From positions 1-25,110 of IMG/VR virus record IMGVR_UViG_3300020045_011827: DNA of 25,110 bases. One strand, given 5' to 3'. Origin of the DNA: a virus (taxonomy: Duplodnaviria; Caudoviricetes). Below the pieces are notes generated by a model. The model was not told the origin of the DNA, searched no databases, and saw nothing but the letters and a program-made list of their open reading frames with translations. Both the position numbers and the translations under genes were made by a program. The stretch's first letter is position 1; the number at the start of each line of letters is the position of its first letter. Shown here in pieces: positions 7,938 through 16,289 of this stretch.

Positions 7938-8255
7938 TTAGTAGGCTTTCTGCCATTCGACGGGCACATGGTTTGGCATTCTCCGTACATCACCCAGGGC
8001 TATATTCTCATAAGCTTTGCGATCGTCAACGAGCACGCTTGCCAGGTTCTGGTGGACTGGGTATTTGCCATCAAGGGCTTCTTGGGCAAGGCGCTCGTAC
8101 AGCTCGTGGTTTGAACTTCTCTCGAATACTCTAGCGTAAGCCTTCTCCCCATCAATGTAGACGTAATTATACATTGATAGTTTCCCTGCGAAGTTATAAA
8201 GTGTGGTGTTCTCCGCCGAAGTGTCTAGTTTCTCACCGTTGAGTTTTATACGCAT
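7938..8255 (-). CDS. hypothetical protein (105 aa)
   Basis: ORF starting 1 nt after the holin stop. Confidence 0.75.
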   Translation of the reverse strand: MRIKLNGEKLDTSAENTTLYNFAGKLSMYNYVYIDGEKAYARVFERSSNHELYERLAQEALDGKYPVHQNLASVLVDDRKAYENIALGDVRRMPNHVPVEWQKAY

Positions 8256-8256
8256 T

Positions 8257-8436
8257 TTATTTCTCAGGTGTTACGTTTGCTTGAGCCATGAATGCCACGA
8301 TGGCGTTAAACCCTGCAAGCCCAGCGACTACCCAGATTGATAGTTCCATCCCTGCGGTTGCCAACACTCCGAAAAATGCGTTAACGAACACGCCTAGTAT
8401 ATAGACAATTGCGCGTACTTTTGATGATGGGTTCAT
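8257..8436 (-). CDS. putative holin (59 aa, two TM helices)
   Basis: Read by eye: MNPSSKVRAIVYILGVFVNAFFGVLATAG...IWVVAGLAGFNAIVAFMAQANVTPEK; directly downstream of the lysin. Confidence 0.75.
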   Translation of the reverse strand: MNPSSKVRAIVYILGVFVNAFFGVLATAGMELSIWVVAGLAGFNAIVAFMAQANVTPEK

Positions 8437-8437
8437 T

Positions 8438-9262
8438 TTAGCCTTTCAACCCTATTCGGGTTATAATTTTTACCGCCCATACACCAAACCCATTAAGTAG
8501 CTCGGTGTCGTTTGATTGCACAGCTAGTTGCGCTGTGAGCTTCTTAATCTCATTGTCTTTTATTATTATGGCTTTGCCCAGTTCTGTGTTCTTATTCTGT
8601 AGGTCATAGATTTGACCCTGCCAATTGTCCTGTACCGCAACCTTGCCAACTTCTTGATTGTTGGTCGAGCTGTCTGCTTCGGGGTCGTCTGATAGGATTT
8701 CAAGCGCGTTGAGCCATGTTCTACCTACTGCGGCATTGTTAAACTCTTGGCGGTTAGCGTCACGCCCTCTAATTTGGTAAAAGGCTTTGCGCCATCGTCC
8801 GTATTCGTTGTCTGTATCTTGTACCATTTCGTCCTCCCTTATTACTTTTACGTTGCCAATATCTTCTGACCAACCTACATAACTACAGCGATATTTTTGC
8901 TCGACTTCCTCAATCGAGTTCCATTCATCGGCGTATGGCTTGTGGCTGATAGGGCTTGACCAGACGTGACCGTCCTTATAGAAGGCGACATGCCCCCAGT
9001 TCTTATAAACGCCGTTGTAGGTACCCCAGTGACTAAACCAGATTGGCACATACACGCCCAATGGTAGGTTCCTATCTTCATGGCGGTGGCTGATGCGGTT
9101 CCATTCATCCCAGGCGCTATCACTTGTTCGGTCTGTATCAAACGCGACCTCTACATACGCCAGACACCAACCGAGCCAGTCCTGTAATATTTCCATTCGC
9201 CTCGTATCGGGGTTGTAATACCAGATAGTCGGGTCGAGGTTCGGTTGGCGAAGCTGTATCAT
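8438..9262 (-). CDS. putative endolysin, CHAP/NlpC-like Cys-His peptidase with C-terminal helical domain
   Basis: GWCLAYV (Cys), WGHVA (His), YVGWSE; flanked by membrane-protein genes. Confidence 0.75.
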   Translation of the reverse strand: MIQLRQPNLDPTIWYYNPDTRRMEILQDWLGWCLAYVEVAFDTDRTSDSAWDEWNRISHRHEDRNLPLGVYVPIWFSHWGTYNGVYKNWGHVAFYKDGHVWSSPISHKPYADEWNSIEEVEQKYRCSYVGWSEDIGNVKVIREDEMVQDTDNEYGRWRKAFYQIRGRDANRQEFNNAAVGRTWLNALEILSDDPEADSSTNNQEVGKVAVQDNWQGQIYDLQNKNTELGKAIIIKDNEIKKLTAQLAVQSNDTELLNGFGVWAVKIITRIGLKG

Positions 9263-9666
9263 CAGGTGTTCTTCTTTTCGACGTTCTCGTTTTTAACGTT
9301 CATCGTATCGACGTTGACTATCTTGGCCGTTATAGCGTTAAAGTTGCGGTCTGCCTTCCCTGACAGAGAAACGAAGTTTTCGCCGATAGTTTCAAACTGC
9401 CTCATCACTTCTGTGTGAAAAGCCCTGTCCTGCGCGTCACGCTCGACAATCGAAATGTTGAGGCTCGCAACAGCTTTGGATAGTTCAAGAGTTGCATCGG
9501 CCTGTTTTGTCCCTGCGTTCGTATTGGCCTGGATAGTCTTGTCGCTTCGTTTGAGCAGGTAGTTGAGTAGAGCAAAAAGAGACGCAACCACAGTACCTAA
9601 AATAGCTATCAAGGCTAGGTTAGTGTCAGGGTCGGCTATGGCTAGTGTGGTTAGTGTGTGTGTCAT
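9262..9666 (-). CDS. single-TM plus coiled-coil membrane protein (holin/antiholin-like); start revised to ATG 9666
   Basis: Hydrophobic LALIAILGTVVASLFALLNYLL; ATG lies 4 nt after the upstream stop. Confidence 0.65.
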   Translation of the reverse strand: MTHTLTTLAIADPDTNLALIAILGTVVASLFALLNYLLKRSDKTIQANTNAGTKQADATLELSKAVASLNISIVERDAQDRAFHTEVMRQFETIGENFVSLSGKADRNFNAITAKIVNVDTMNVKNENVEKKNT

Positions 9667-9670
9667 TGGT

Positions 9671-10549
9671 TTATACACCTTCGTATTGGCCACCTGTAAT
9701 GTGCATATACCCGACCGTACAAGCCGAGCCTGTATTATCGTAAAAATATACGCTGATTGCCGTTGCCGAACCTTTGAATAGTGCAACCGCAAACTTACCC
9801 GTGGCACTATCTTCACGCCCGCCACCAGCCGCCTGGTTTGCCGTGGCACTATTTACCGGCACGGTGAATGAGAGAGTGCCAGGTGCAGAGGCGGCTGTGA
9901 CGTTGCACTGTACGGCCCAGTGGATTATTTTGCCAACCCTCCTCCATTTGGCGTAGGTAAGATTCACCGTACAAGAACCACCACTGTTAGTGAAGGTTGG
10001 TGTCCATGCTGTCCAGGCGCTTCCCAATTCACCGGCCGCAGTACTCAAGCTTGCGTTATTTATACCGCTAGTGGCACTGCCAACAACGTAGCTGTCCTTG
10101 ATTTTCATCCCATCGACAGTCACACCGGCAGCTGCGGTTTTTTCGGCGATGGTGTCGGTGGTGATGGCACCTGAATCACTATGCGCCACAGCCAAGACAT
10201 CAGCCAAGTTGTTAGCCCAGTCAGTCGTTGGCTTGATAACGATAATGTCACCGACAGCATTACCTAAGTCAGTGTAGCCTGGTGCTATTGCGTCTATCTC
10301 AATGTTGGTGCCATCGACATGGCCTGTGAAGTCTACTGCGGTAGCCTCTGATATTACAGTTATTTCTTCCGAAGTAACAGGGTCCACGAAAGTGTGGGGG
10401 GTACCCATCGTACCCATAAATGAACTAGGTAATTTTGCTACTGTGTTTACTATTATGGTTGGTGCGAGTGGCGAACGAACTGCTTGGATGATTGGTGCAG
10501 CGGCGTTGCCTGTGCCGTCTGAACCTTTTATGAGTGTTATGCTTGGCAT
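9671..10549 (-). CDS. tail fibre / receptor-binding-like virion protein
   Basis: T/A/G-rich; C-terminal WTAWTPT...YAKWRRVGKII beta-rich domain typical of fibre tips; own promoter. Confidence 0.6.
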   Translation of the reverse strand: MPSITLIKGSDGTGNAAAPIIQAVRSPLAPTIIVNTVAKLPSSFMGTMGTPHTFVDPVTSEEITVISEATAVDFTGHVDGTNIEIDAIAPGYTDLGNAVGDIIVIKPTTDWANNLADVLAVAHSDSGAITTDTIAEKTAAAGVTVDGMKIKDSYVVGSATSGINNASLSTAAGELGSAWTAWTPTFTNSGGSCTVNLTYAKWRRVGKIIHWAVQCNVTAASAPGTLSFTVPVNSATANQAAGGGREDSATGKFAVALFKGSATAISVYFYDNTGSACTVGYMHITGGQYEGV

Positions 10550-10565
10550 ACGTTTAATTATAACA
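10550..10565 (-). promoter_or_regulatory. extended -10 promoter, probably leaderless transcript
   Basis: TG-T-TATAAT, 7 nt, then ATG 10549; no SD. Confidence 0.7.
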
Positions 10566-10593
10566 ACAAAGGGGAGTATTTGGTACTCCCCTT
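10562..10593 (-). terminator. intrinsic terminator after the capsid gene
   Basis: 10-bp stem AAGGGGAGTA/TACTCCCCTT, 5-nt loop, U-rich tail on - strand. Confidence 0.8.
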
Positions 10594-10615
10594 GTGGTTA
10601 TCTAACGCCTAGTAA

Positions 10616-11482
10616 TTAGGAGTTAGAGCTTTGAAGCGTTGCGATTGCAAACTTCTTGCGGTCAAGAATGAACACACCACCGCGAGCGCGGAGCTGTAAT
10701 TCTGAACCACCGAAGCCAGGAACATCTTTGATGAACTTGCGTCCACCGTTTTTTGGTGTCATCTTCTGGGTAGGAGCAGCAATAGCTCGTTTGTCAGTGA
10801 TGACAGCTTTGACGGTTGGGTAAGCACTAAAGTACTCATCAACAGTTTCAATAACCATAACGCCCTTGAGTTGACCAATCAGACCGTTAAGACCAGCCGT
10901 GTAGCCTTTATCGCTACCATCGAACGTGGTGATATGAACACGGATTTGGTCTGCGAATGTAGCAGGAACCCATGCAATACTCTGAGCAGCAGTACCGCCA
11001 TTGTTCGTAACAACAGTAATCGTGTTGTAGAACTTCTGTAGCAAGCCGTTAAGACCAGTGAGGGTAGTACCATCCCAGGTAACAATGTTACCACTTGGGC
11101 GAGCAGCTATGACCTTAGCCAGCGCATACTCATCGAAGTCAGGAACAAACTTTTCGTCAATCCATGCTTCTGCGGTGTCTTTGACAAGAGTACCGATAGG
11201 AGTGTCTTGAACCTGAGTGTCCTGAATACGCAAGAATACAAAGTAGTTGTAGTCAAGCGTCCATTCCTGTTTGCCGTACTCAGCGAGGGTGACGGTCTGG
11301 GTTGTAGCCGTTTCGTCATAAACGCCCAAGCTAGAGCTGTCAATATCAATATTAAGAACACGAACCGTTTGAGCGTCAACAGTGTTTACACCGTTAGCGT
11401 CCAAGTACTTAGCTACAGTCGAACCATGCTTGAGGCGTTTGTCGAGAAATGTAGCAGTACGAATACCGTAATATGATGCCAT
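10616..11482 (-). CDS. major capsid protein (HK97 fold, putative)
   Basis: 288 aa; TVRV...LGVY...QEWTLD...F.I.D...VPxFDxYxLxK pattern of phage coat proteins; AAAGGA SD; own promoter and terminator. Confidence 0.75.
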   Translation of the reverse strand: MASYYGIRTATFLDKRLKHGSTVAKYLDANGVNTVDAQTVRVLNIDIDSSSLGVYDETATTQTVTLAEYGKQEWTLDYNYFVFLRIQDTQVQDTPIGTLVKDTAEAWIDEKFVPDFDEYALAKVIAARPSGNIVTWDGTTLTGLNGLLQKFYNTITVVTNNGGTAAQSIAWVPATFADQIRVHITTFDGSDKGYTAGLNGLIGQLKGVMVIETVDEYFSAYPTVKAVITDKRAIAAPTQKMTPKNGGRKFIKDVPGFGGSELQLRARGGVFILDRKKFAIATLQSSNS

Positions 11483-11530
11483 ATTTTTCCTTTGGATTTA
11501 ATAATGTTTTTTCTAGTTCCTGTCATAATT

Positions 11531-11539
11531 AGTATACCA
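11531..11539 (-). promoter_or_regulatory. extended -10 promoter for the capsid gene
   Basis: TG-G-TATACT about 50 nt upstream of the start. Confidence 0.6.
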
Positions 11540-11556
11540 TAAGCTAGAATAAACCA

Positions 11557-11585
11557 TTGTAATTTTTCCCAGTTATGCTTATATT
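11557..11585 (+). promoter_or_regulatory. putative sigma70 promoter for an intergenic RNA
   Basis: TTGTAA-17 bp-TATATT. Confidence 0.5.
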
Positions 11586-11590
11586 AGATT

Positions 11591-11720
11591 GAGTATCGTA
11601 CATTAAACAAAATCACAACTCTGGTCTTAACACTATCTACACTCAACCCAACATCAATACCTTATAAATGGGTATATACTCACTCACAGAAATACCCCAC
11701 CTAAAGGGGTATTCTTGTTT
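11591..11720 (+). ncRNA. candidate structured small RNA, family unknown
   Basis: Promoter upstream, terminator downstream, no ORF; 11591-11604 pairs with 11667-11681. Confidence 0.45.
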
Positions 11721-11722
11721 TT
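11691..11722 (+). terminator. intrinsic terminator upstream of terL
   Basis: AATACCCC/GGGGTATT stem, 7-nt loop, followed by CTTGTTTTT. Confidence 0.75.
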
Positions 11723-11723
11723 C

Positions 11724-11738
11724 TGGTACAATACAACC
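11724..11738 (+). promoter_or_regulatory. extended -10 promoter, leaderless terL transcript
   Basis: TG-G-TACAAT, 6 nt, then ATG 11739; no SD. Confidence 0.7.
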
Positions 11739-13109
11739 ATGCAAGTGCCCGCCAATAGACTACCTTTACGAGATTATCAAAAAGAAATAGTAGCAGCGTT
11801 CAACGACCCTAAAATCAATGAGATGTTACTTGTCATAGGCCGTCGAGGTGCCAAAACAACAACTACCTACAGCGAATGTATTGTGCCAGACTTAGTGCGC
11901 GAAGTAAAAACAGCAGTCGGTGTCTACCCTACTGCTAAAATGGGGTTCGATAACTTCTGGACGAACATTGAAGATGATGGGTTTCGGACACTCCACCACA
12001 TGCCACAACCATTACTATCAACTGGTGGGCAATCTAACTCACCCGATGATATGCGACAAACCATTATCAATGGCTCAATATTTAGGGTGATTGGCGCAAC
12101 AAACTACGAAGCCTTGCGTGGGGCTAATGGCAAGATTTATTGGTTTGACGAGTTTGCCGACCAAAACATTGAGGCGGTCAACGTGGTTGCCCCTATCACA
12201 GAAGCAAACTACGGTAAACGTATTTACACTGGTACCCCGAAGATTGACGGTATCAACGGTGAAACGATGCACCGTATGCACGAGTCATTTAAAGCCGATA
12301 AGACAGGCACAAAATACACCTGCTATATTGACGCAACCCACTATATGACCGCTGAACAGCTAGAAGAAAGCCGCCAGGGATATATTCTGCGTAACGGTAA
12401 TGACTTCAAGTTCCGCCAGGAGATGCTACTTGACTGGGGGCAAGCAAGTGCCACCAGCTACTATGGCCATATCATTAGCCAATTAAAGCAGAACGGTGCG
12501 ATAGGAAACCACCCTTACCACAGGGGGTATCCTGTGTATACGGCATGGGATTTAGGTAGGTCTGATGCTATGGCTATTGTATTTTTCCAAGTAATTAACG
12601 GTGTAGTAACAATAATTGACTTTATGGAAACCCATAACTTTGCTCTTAACAGCGTGGTACCATTTCTAAAAACGAAACCATATAACTATGGCTGGCATTT
12701 CTTGCCACATGACGGGGCTGTCCATAGCATGAATGATAATGTCAGTCGTTTAGACTACCTCCACCGTACAGGCATATTCAACGCTAGTACACTCAAGCGA
12801 GAGGGTGTTGGTATTGGTATTGATAGGGTTATGGAACGATTACCAAATGCTTTGGTCAATGCTGGCACAACTGTAGAGCTTATCAGGAAACTGCCTATCT
12901 ACCGCCGTAAATATAACCCTGATACGGGGGATTACATTGGTGCTGACCATAAAAGTGAAAGCCACGCTGCCGATGCGATTAGATATATGTTCACCGCCAT
13001 ACATTATTACTTCGACAAAAAGGGCAACTTCCTTATTAACAGTGGTACCCAGGAAGTTGCCCCATTAGAGTTATCTTTCGATAACCTAGAAACTACTTAT
13101 TACTTTTAG
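11739..13109 (+). CDS. terL: terminase large subunit (start revised to ATG 11739)
   Basis: LRDYQ adenine-binding motif, GRRGAKTT Walker A, YWFDEF Walker B, GTP coupling motif, RNase H-like AWDLG, LPHD and SHAADA. Confidence 0.93.
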   Translation: MQVPANRLPLRDYQKEIVAAFNDPKINEMLLVIGRRGAKTTTTYSECIVPDLVREVKTAVGVYPTAKMGFDNFWTNIEDDGFRTLHHMPQPLLSTGGQSNSPDDMRQTIINGSIFRVIGATNYEALRGANGKIYWFDEFADQNIEAVNVVAPITEANYGKRIYTGTPKIDGINGETMHRMHESFKADKTGTKYTCYIDATHYMTAEQLEESRQGYILRNGNDFKFRQEMLLDWGQASATSYYGHIISQLKQNGAIGNHPYHRGYPVYTAWDLGRSDAMAIVFFQVINGVVTIIDFMETHNFALNSVVPFLKTKPYNYGWHFLPHDGAVHSMNDNVSRLDYLHRTGIFNASTLKREGVGIGIDRVMERLPNALVNAGTTVELIRKLPIYRRKYNPDTGDYIGADHKSESHAADAIRYMFTAIHYYFDKKGNFLINSGTQEVAPLELSFDNLETTYYF

Positions 13110-13455
13110 GCCTTATACTTTCAAGATATTCTTGCTCGAATGGTGCATCATCTTCATGTGCGTCAAGTTGTGACTGCATTTGTGACTCTTGGCTAAATAT
13201 AGCCACAAGTAGCTGCGTGTCAGTCACTTCGCCACCCGACATTTTACCTAAACTAGCTATCAAGGCTCGGTCTTGTCTACCACGATTAAGCTTTTTAACC
13301 CACTCAGCACCAAGCCTCCAACCCTTGTCACTCTGACGATTTACACCGAGATCACTACTCTCAATAAGGGCTTTTATTTGTGCTGGTCGAGCAGTCTTTA
13401 TTTTCTCACCGCTTTTAATGTTAAACCAATCTATTGCAACTGTATTATCTTTCAT
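13093..13455 (-). CDS. hypothetical protein (120 aa) in the head module
   Basis: GGAG SD; follows the scaffold gene; 3' end overlaps terL by 17 nt. Confidence 0.75.
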   Translation of the reverse strand: MKDNTVAIDWFNIKSGEKIKTARPAQIKALIESSDLGVNRQSDKGWRLGAEWVKKLNRGRQDRALIASLGKMSGGEVTDTQLLVAIFSQESQMQSQLDAHEDDAPFEQEYLESIRPKSNK

Positions 13456-13456
13456 T

Positions 13457-14320
13457 TCATTCTCCGAATAATTTACTTAATGTTTCTTCTGGGTCATTTT
13501 CGTTGACACTGTCGCTGCCACCACCATCACCACTTATGTCCATACGGTCAGTAGCGGTTTGCTTGCTTTCTGGTATATGTTGAGCTGGGGCAGTTGGTTG
13601 AGCTGGGGCTGGTTGGCTTGATTGTTTGGCATTAAATGCTAACAGGTATGGCTCCATGAAGTCACCGTAGTATTCTTCAATATCTGGGGCAGCTAGTACA
13701 AGGTCTTTTTCGTTGTCCATGCGAACTGTTTTCATGTAGTTCTTATACACTTTGCCTTGTAGTTGTGGAAAAGCCCCAAATACATCTTTGTATTTGTCCA
13801 CCACCCTTTCCACACCAGTCTTGAAATTAGAATTAGTTTCAGCCAATTCACGAGCTGACTGTTTAACCTCATCAATTTTACGGTCAAGCTTGTACTGCTC
13901 GTTCATAAGCCACTGAGTAGCTTGCTCGACAGTCATTTCACCACCAGATAGCTCAACTACATCTTGTGGTGTTTTGATTTCTTGACCAGTTTTCTCGTCA
14001 ACGAGCGTGTTAGATAACCCTTGTGGATAGTACGCCTCAATGACTTCCTTTTCCATAACCTCTAGCTCTTTACCACTATCACGCTCTTGGTTGCGTAAAT
14101 CAGATATGATTGACCGTACTTCATCAGCCGTCAATGGCTTTGGCTGCTCTGGTTCTTGTGGGGGAGTAGGTTCATTTGGCTGCTCTGGCACAACTGGCTC
14201 TGGTTGCTCAGGCGTATCTTCCTGCTCAGGTGTCTTAACTTCTGGCTCTTTGGGAGCTTCTTGCTCAACGTCAATATCCTTATCTTCATCAAACATAACG
14301 TCTATATCATCGCTATCCAT
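13457..14320 (-). CDS. putative capsid scaffolding protein (start revised to ATG 14320)
   Basis: Very acidic P/E-rich N-terminus, helical core, position downstream of portal. Confidence 0.65.
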   Translation of the reverse strand: MDSDDIDVMFDEDKDIDVEQEAPKEPEVKTPEQEDTPEQPEPVVPEQPNEPTPPQEPEQPKPLTADEVRSIISDLRNQERDSGKELEVMEKEVIEAYYPQGLSNTLVDEKTGQEIKTPQDVVELSGGEMTVEQATQWLMNEQYKLDRKIDEVKQSARELAETNSNFKTGVERVVDKYKDVFGAFPQLQGKVYKNYMKTVRMDNEKDLVLAAPDIEEYYGDFMEPYLLAFNAKQSSQPAPAQPTAPAQHIPESKQTATDRMDISGDGGGSDSVNENDPEETLSKLFGE

Positions 14321-14573
14321 GTATAACACCCTCTAATTCTTTGCTTAAATCGTTCTTAATTTGTCGTAGATATACCACCAGTTGTATATTTACCTGGACT
14401 TGTTGTTCATAACTGAGCTTACTGTTATGGTCTATAGCATCAAATGAATTATGACGCTTAATTAGCTTGCTTATATACTCAATATTTCTTTTTAGCACAA
14501 TAACACTAGCAGGGTCTTGCACCTGATTATCATTGTTGCTACTACTCACATAATCTAAATCTACTATACTCAT
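14313..14573 (-). CDS. small hypothetical protein between portal and scaffold
   Basis: 86-aa ORF with its own promoter. Confidence 0.7.
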   Translation of the reverse strand: MSIVDLDYVSSSNNDNQVQDPASVIVLKRNIEYISKLIKRHNSFDAIDHNSKLSYEQQVQVNIQLVVYLRQIKNDLSKELEGVIHG

Positions 14574-14608
14574 AACCGTATCATACGGTTTATGGTAGAG
14601 TATGTAAA
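14574..14608 (-). promoter_or_regulatory. sigma70 promoter (leaderless) overlapped by an inverted repeat
   Basis: TTTACA-17 bp-TATGAT-6 nt-ATG; palindrome AACCGTA-tca-TACGGTT at 14574-14590. Confidence 0.65.
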
Positions 14609-14624
14609 TAGATTGTAGCTATAA

Positions 14625-16274
14625 TTACATCATTTGCTGTGGAGCCATCATTTGTTCTGGCTGCGGCATAGCTGGCTGCGGTTCAATGTCTGGCATCTCT
14701 GGTAGCATTTCGTCTAGTAACTCATCTTCAACAGCACTAGCTCTTGCCCTAGCATTAGGGTCGTTCGGGTCACCTGTCTGTTTCATAACTACCAAAGCGT
14801 CTTGTAAGTCTTTGCGTTTCTCGTCAGTGAACTCGTCTTTGCTAATGGTCGTATCAACGGTAATGTCAATCTTCTGAATATAGTCATATAACTCATCCCA
14901 GTTGACACCGAGCGCATTTGGGTTAGCAGGATCAGGGAACCGCTCTGGGTTAATTTTCATAATAGCGTCACGAGTATCGTCATCAACATACAATATGCCC
15001 TCACCATCCTGCTCAGATAGGAAAAGGTCGAGAGCAGACAATATGTACATTTTGATAAAGTCCTCAATAATCCCAGTAATTTCTTGGCTAGACTCATCTA
15101 TAGCCATGCGCTGTGTCTGTGCCCCAACGCCAGTCTTAGACTCACCGATAGCACCGAGGTTAGCACTTGGGTTATACCCAAGCATGTTGAGTATCTGGCC
15201 GCTAATCTCTTGGCTAATTTGTGAGTACTGTTGTGCGGTGGTGGTATCGAGGTTAAGTAGTTTGATGTTGGCTTGGTTGTCGAGTGAGGCTAATCGTGCA
15301 CCTGGTTTTAGGCCAGTAGCACTTGTAAATGCCCCAGTTTGAAGTACGGCAGGGTCGCTGTTATACAGCCAGGTAGTAGCTACGTTCTGGCGTAAAGCCA
15401 TAGCGAGGTTCTGGTTAGGGGAGGCAAGACGAACACGGCTGTCACCGAGTGGTGAAAGCTCGGCAGGGTCGATAACAAGGAATAGCACACGAGGGAAACC
15501 AAACTTTGAACGGTTAGGGACTCCTCGGAGTGCTTTTTTCAAGCTTGGGCTGAATGTCACGATATCATCTTCTGGGTCAGCACTATAGCGAGTGATGAGG
15601 GTAAATGTTTCAGAACTTGTATCACTACCACTTTGGCTTGGTATCAGCCATTCATCGTATTCTGACTGACCTGAACCGTCAGGGCCAGCGTCAAGCAAGG
15701 CTTTTACGGCTTTAATATCCCAAGTAGTATTAATGTTTTTCTTTTCACGCTTATAGATTTTCTCTAGTTTTGTTGGCGTGAAGTTAGTTTTTACATAGTG
15801 GAAGTTTGATAAATTAGCATCCTGTATACCACCCTCAATGCCGAGGTCTGAGAAGTGGATAAGTGATGGGGTGATGCCGAATTGTCCATAAAGCTTGGTA
15901 GCCTTAACCTGAAAAGCGTTGAAACCTCTGGTTATTGCGCCACGGCCACCAAGCCTTACGCTATTTATAAACCCTTTACCAAATGTCGTAGGGTTCAAAA
16001 TATTGTCATTAACGATAAACTTACAGATAAGTGCCTGTTCGGTCTTTTTGGAGCCGTTAATAGCAGCTGAGATAACAGGCAGTTTCTTAACAGCACGTCG
16101 CATCATTTGTCTAATGGCACCAGCGATAGTCGTGTCGCCAACATTGACCTTTTTGCCGCTACTTTTAGGGTATTGGGCGTTACCAATGGTATCTAGTTCA
16201 CGGAAATCATGGGTATAACCACGCACAAACTCTGACGATTTTTTCCATTCTGCAATATATTGTGTTACATCCAT
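14625..16274 (-). CDS. portal protein (putative)
   Basis: 549 aa, largely helical; P22-like features (G.S.V....P.Q, SKTGVGAQ) and M/Q/P-rich C-terminal tail; AAGGA SD. Confidence 0.75.
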   Translation of the reverse strand: MDVTQYIAEWKKSSEFVRGYTHDFRELDTIGNAQYPKSSGKKVNVGDTTIAGAIRQMMRRAVKKLPVISAAINGSKKTEQALICKFIVNDNILNPTTFGKGFINSVRLGGRGAITRGFNAFQVKATKLYGQFGITPSLIHFSDLGIEGGIQDANLSNFHYVKTNFTPTKLEKIYKREKKNINTTWDIKAVKALLDAGPDGSGQSEYDEWLIPSQSGSDTSSETFTLITRYSADPEDDIVTFSPSLKKALRGVPNRSKFGFPRVLFLVIDPAELSPLGDSRVRLASPNQNLAMALRQNVATTWLYNSDPAVLQTGAFTSATGLKPGARLASLDNQANIKLLNLDTTTAQQYSQISQEISGQILNMLGYNPSANLGAIGESKTGVGAQTQRMAIDESSQEITGIIEDFIKMYILSALDLFLSEQDGEGILYVDDDTRDAIMKINPERFPDPANPNALGVNWDELYDYIQKIDITVDTTISKDEFTDEKRKDLQDALVVMKQTGDPNDPNARARASAVEDELLDEMLPEMPDIEPQPAMPQPEQMMAPQQMM

Positions 16275-16289
16275 TGTTTTTATCCTTAC

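Noticed and set aside
9667-9849. N-terminal extension of ORF 9262..9849
   Set aside because: It overlaps the tail-fibre gene in another frame; ATG 9666 fits the operon spacing
9671-10549. Diversity-generating retroelement targeting the fibre gene
   Set aside because: No reverse transcriptase and no template/variable repeat pair seen in the window
11715-11738. TTG start for terL
   Set aside because: It lies within the terminator tail and promoter; ATG 11739 fits the leaderless pattern
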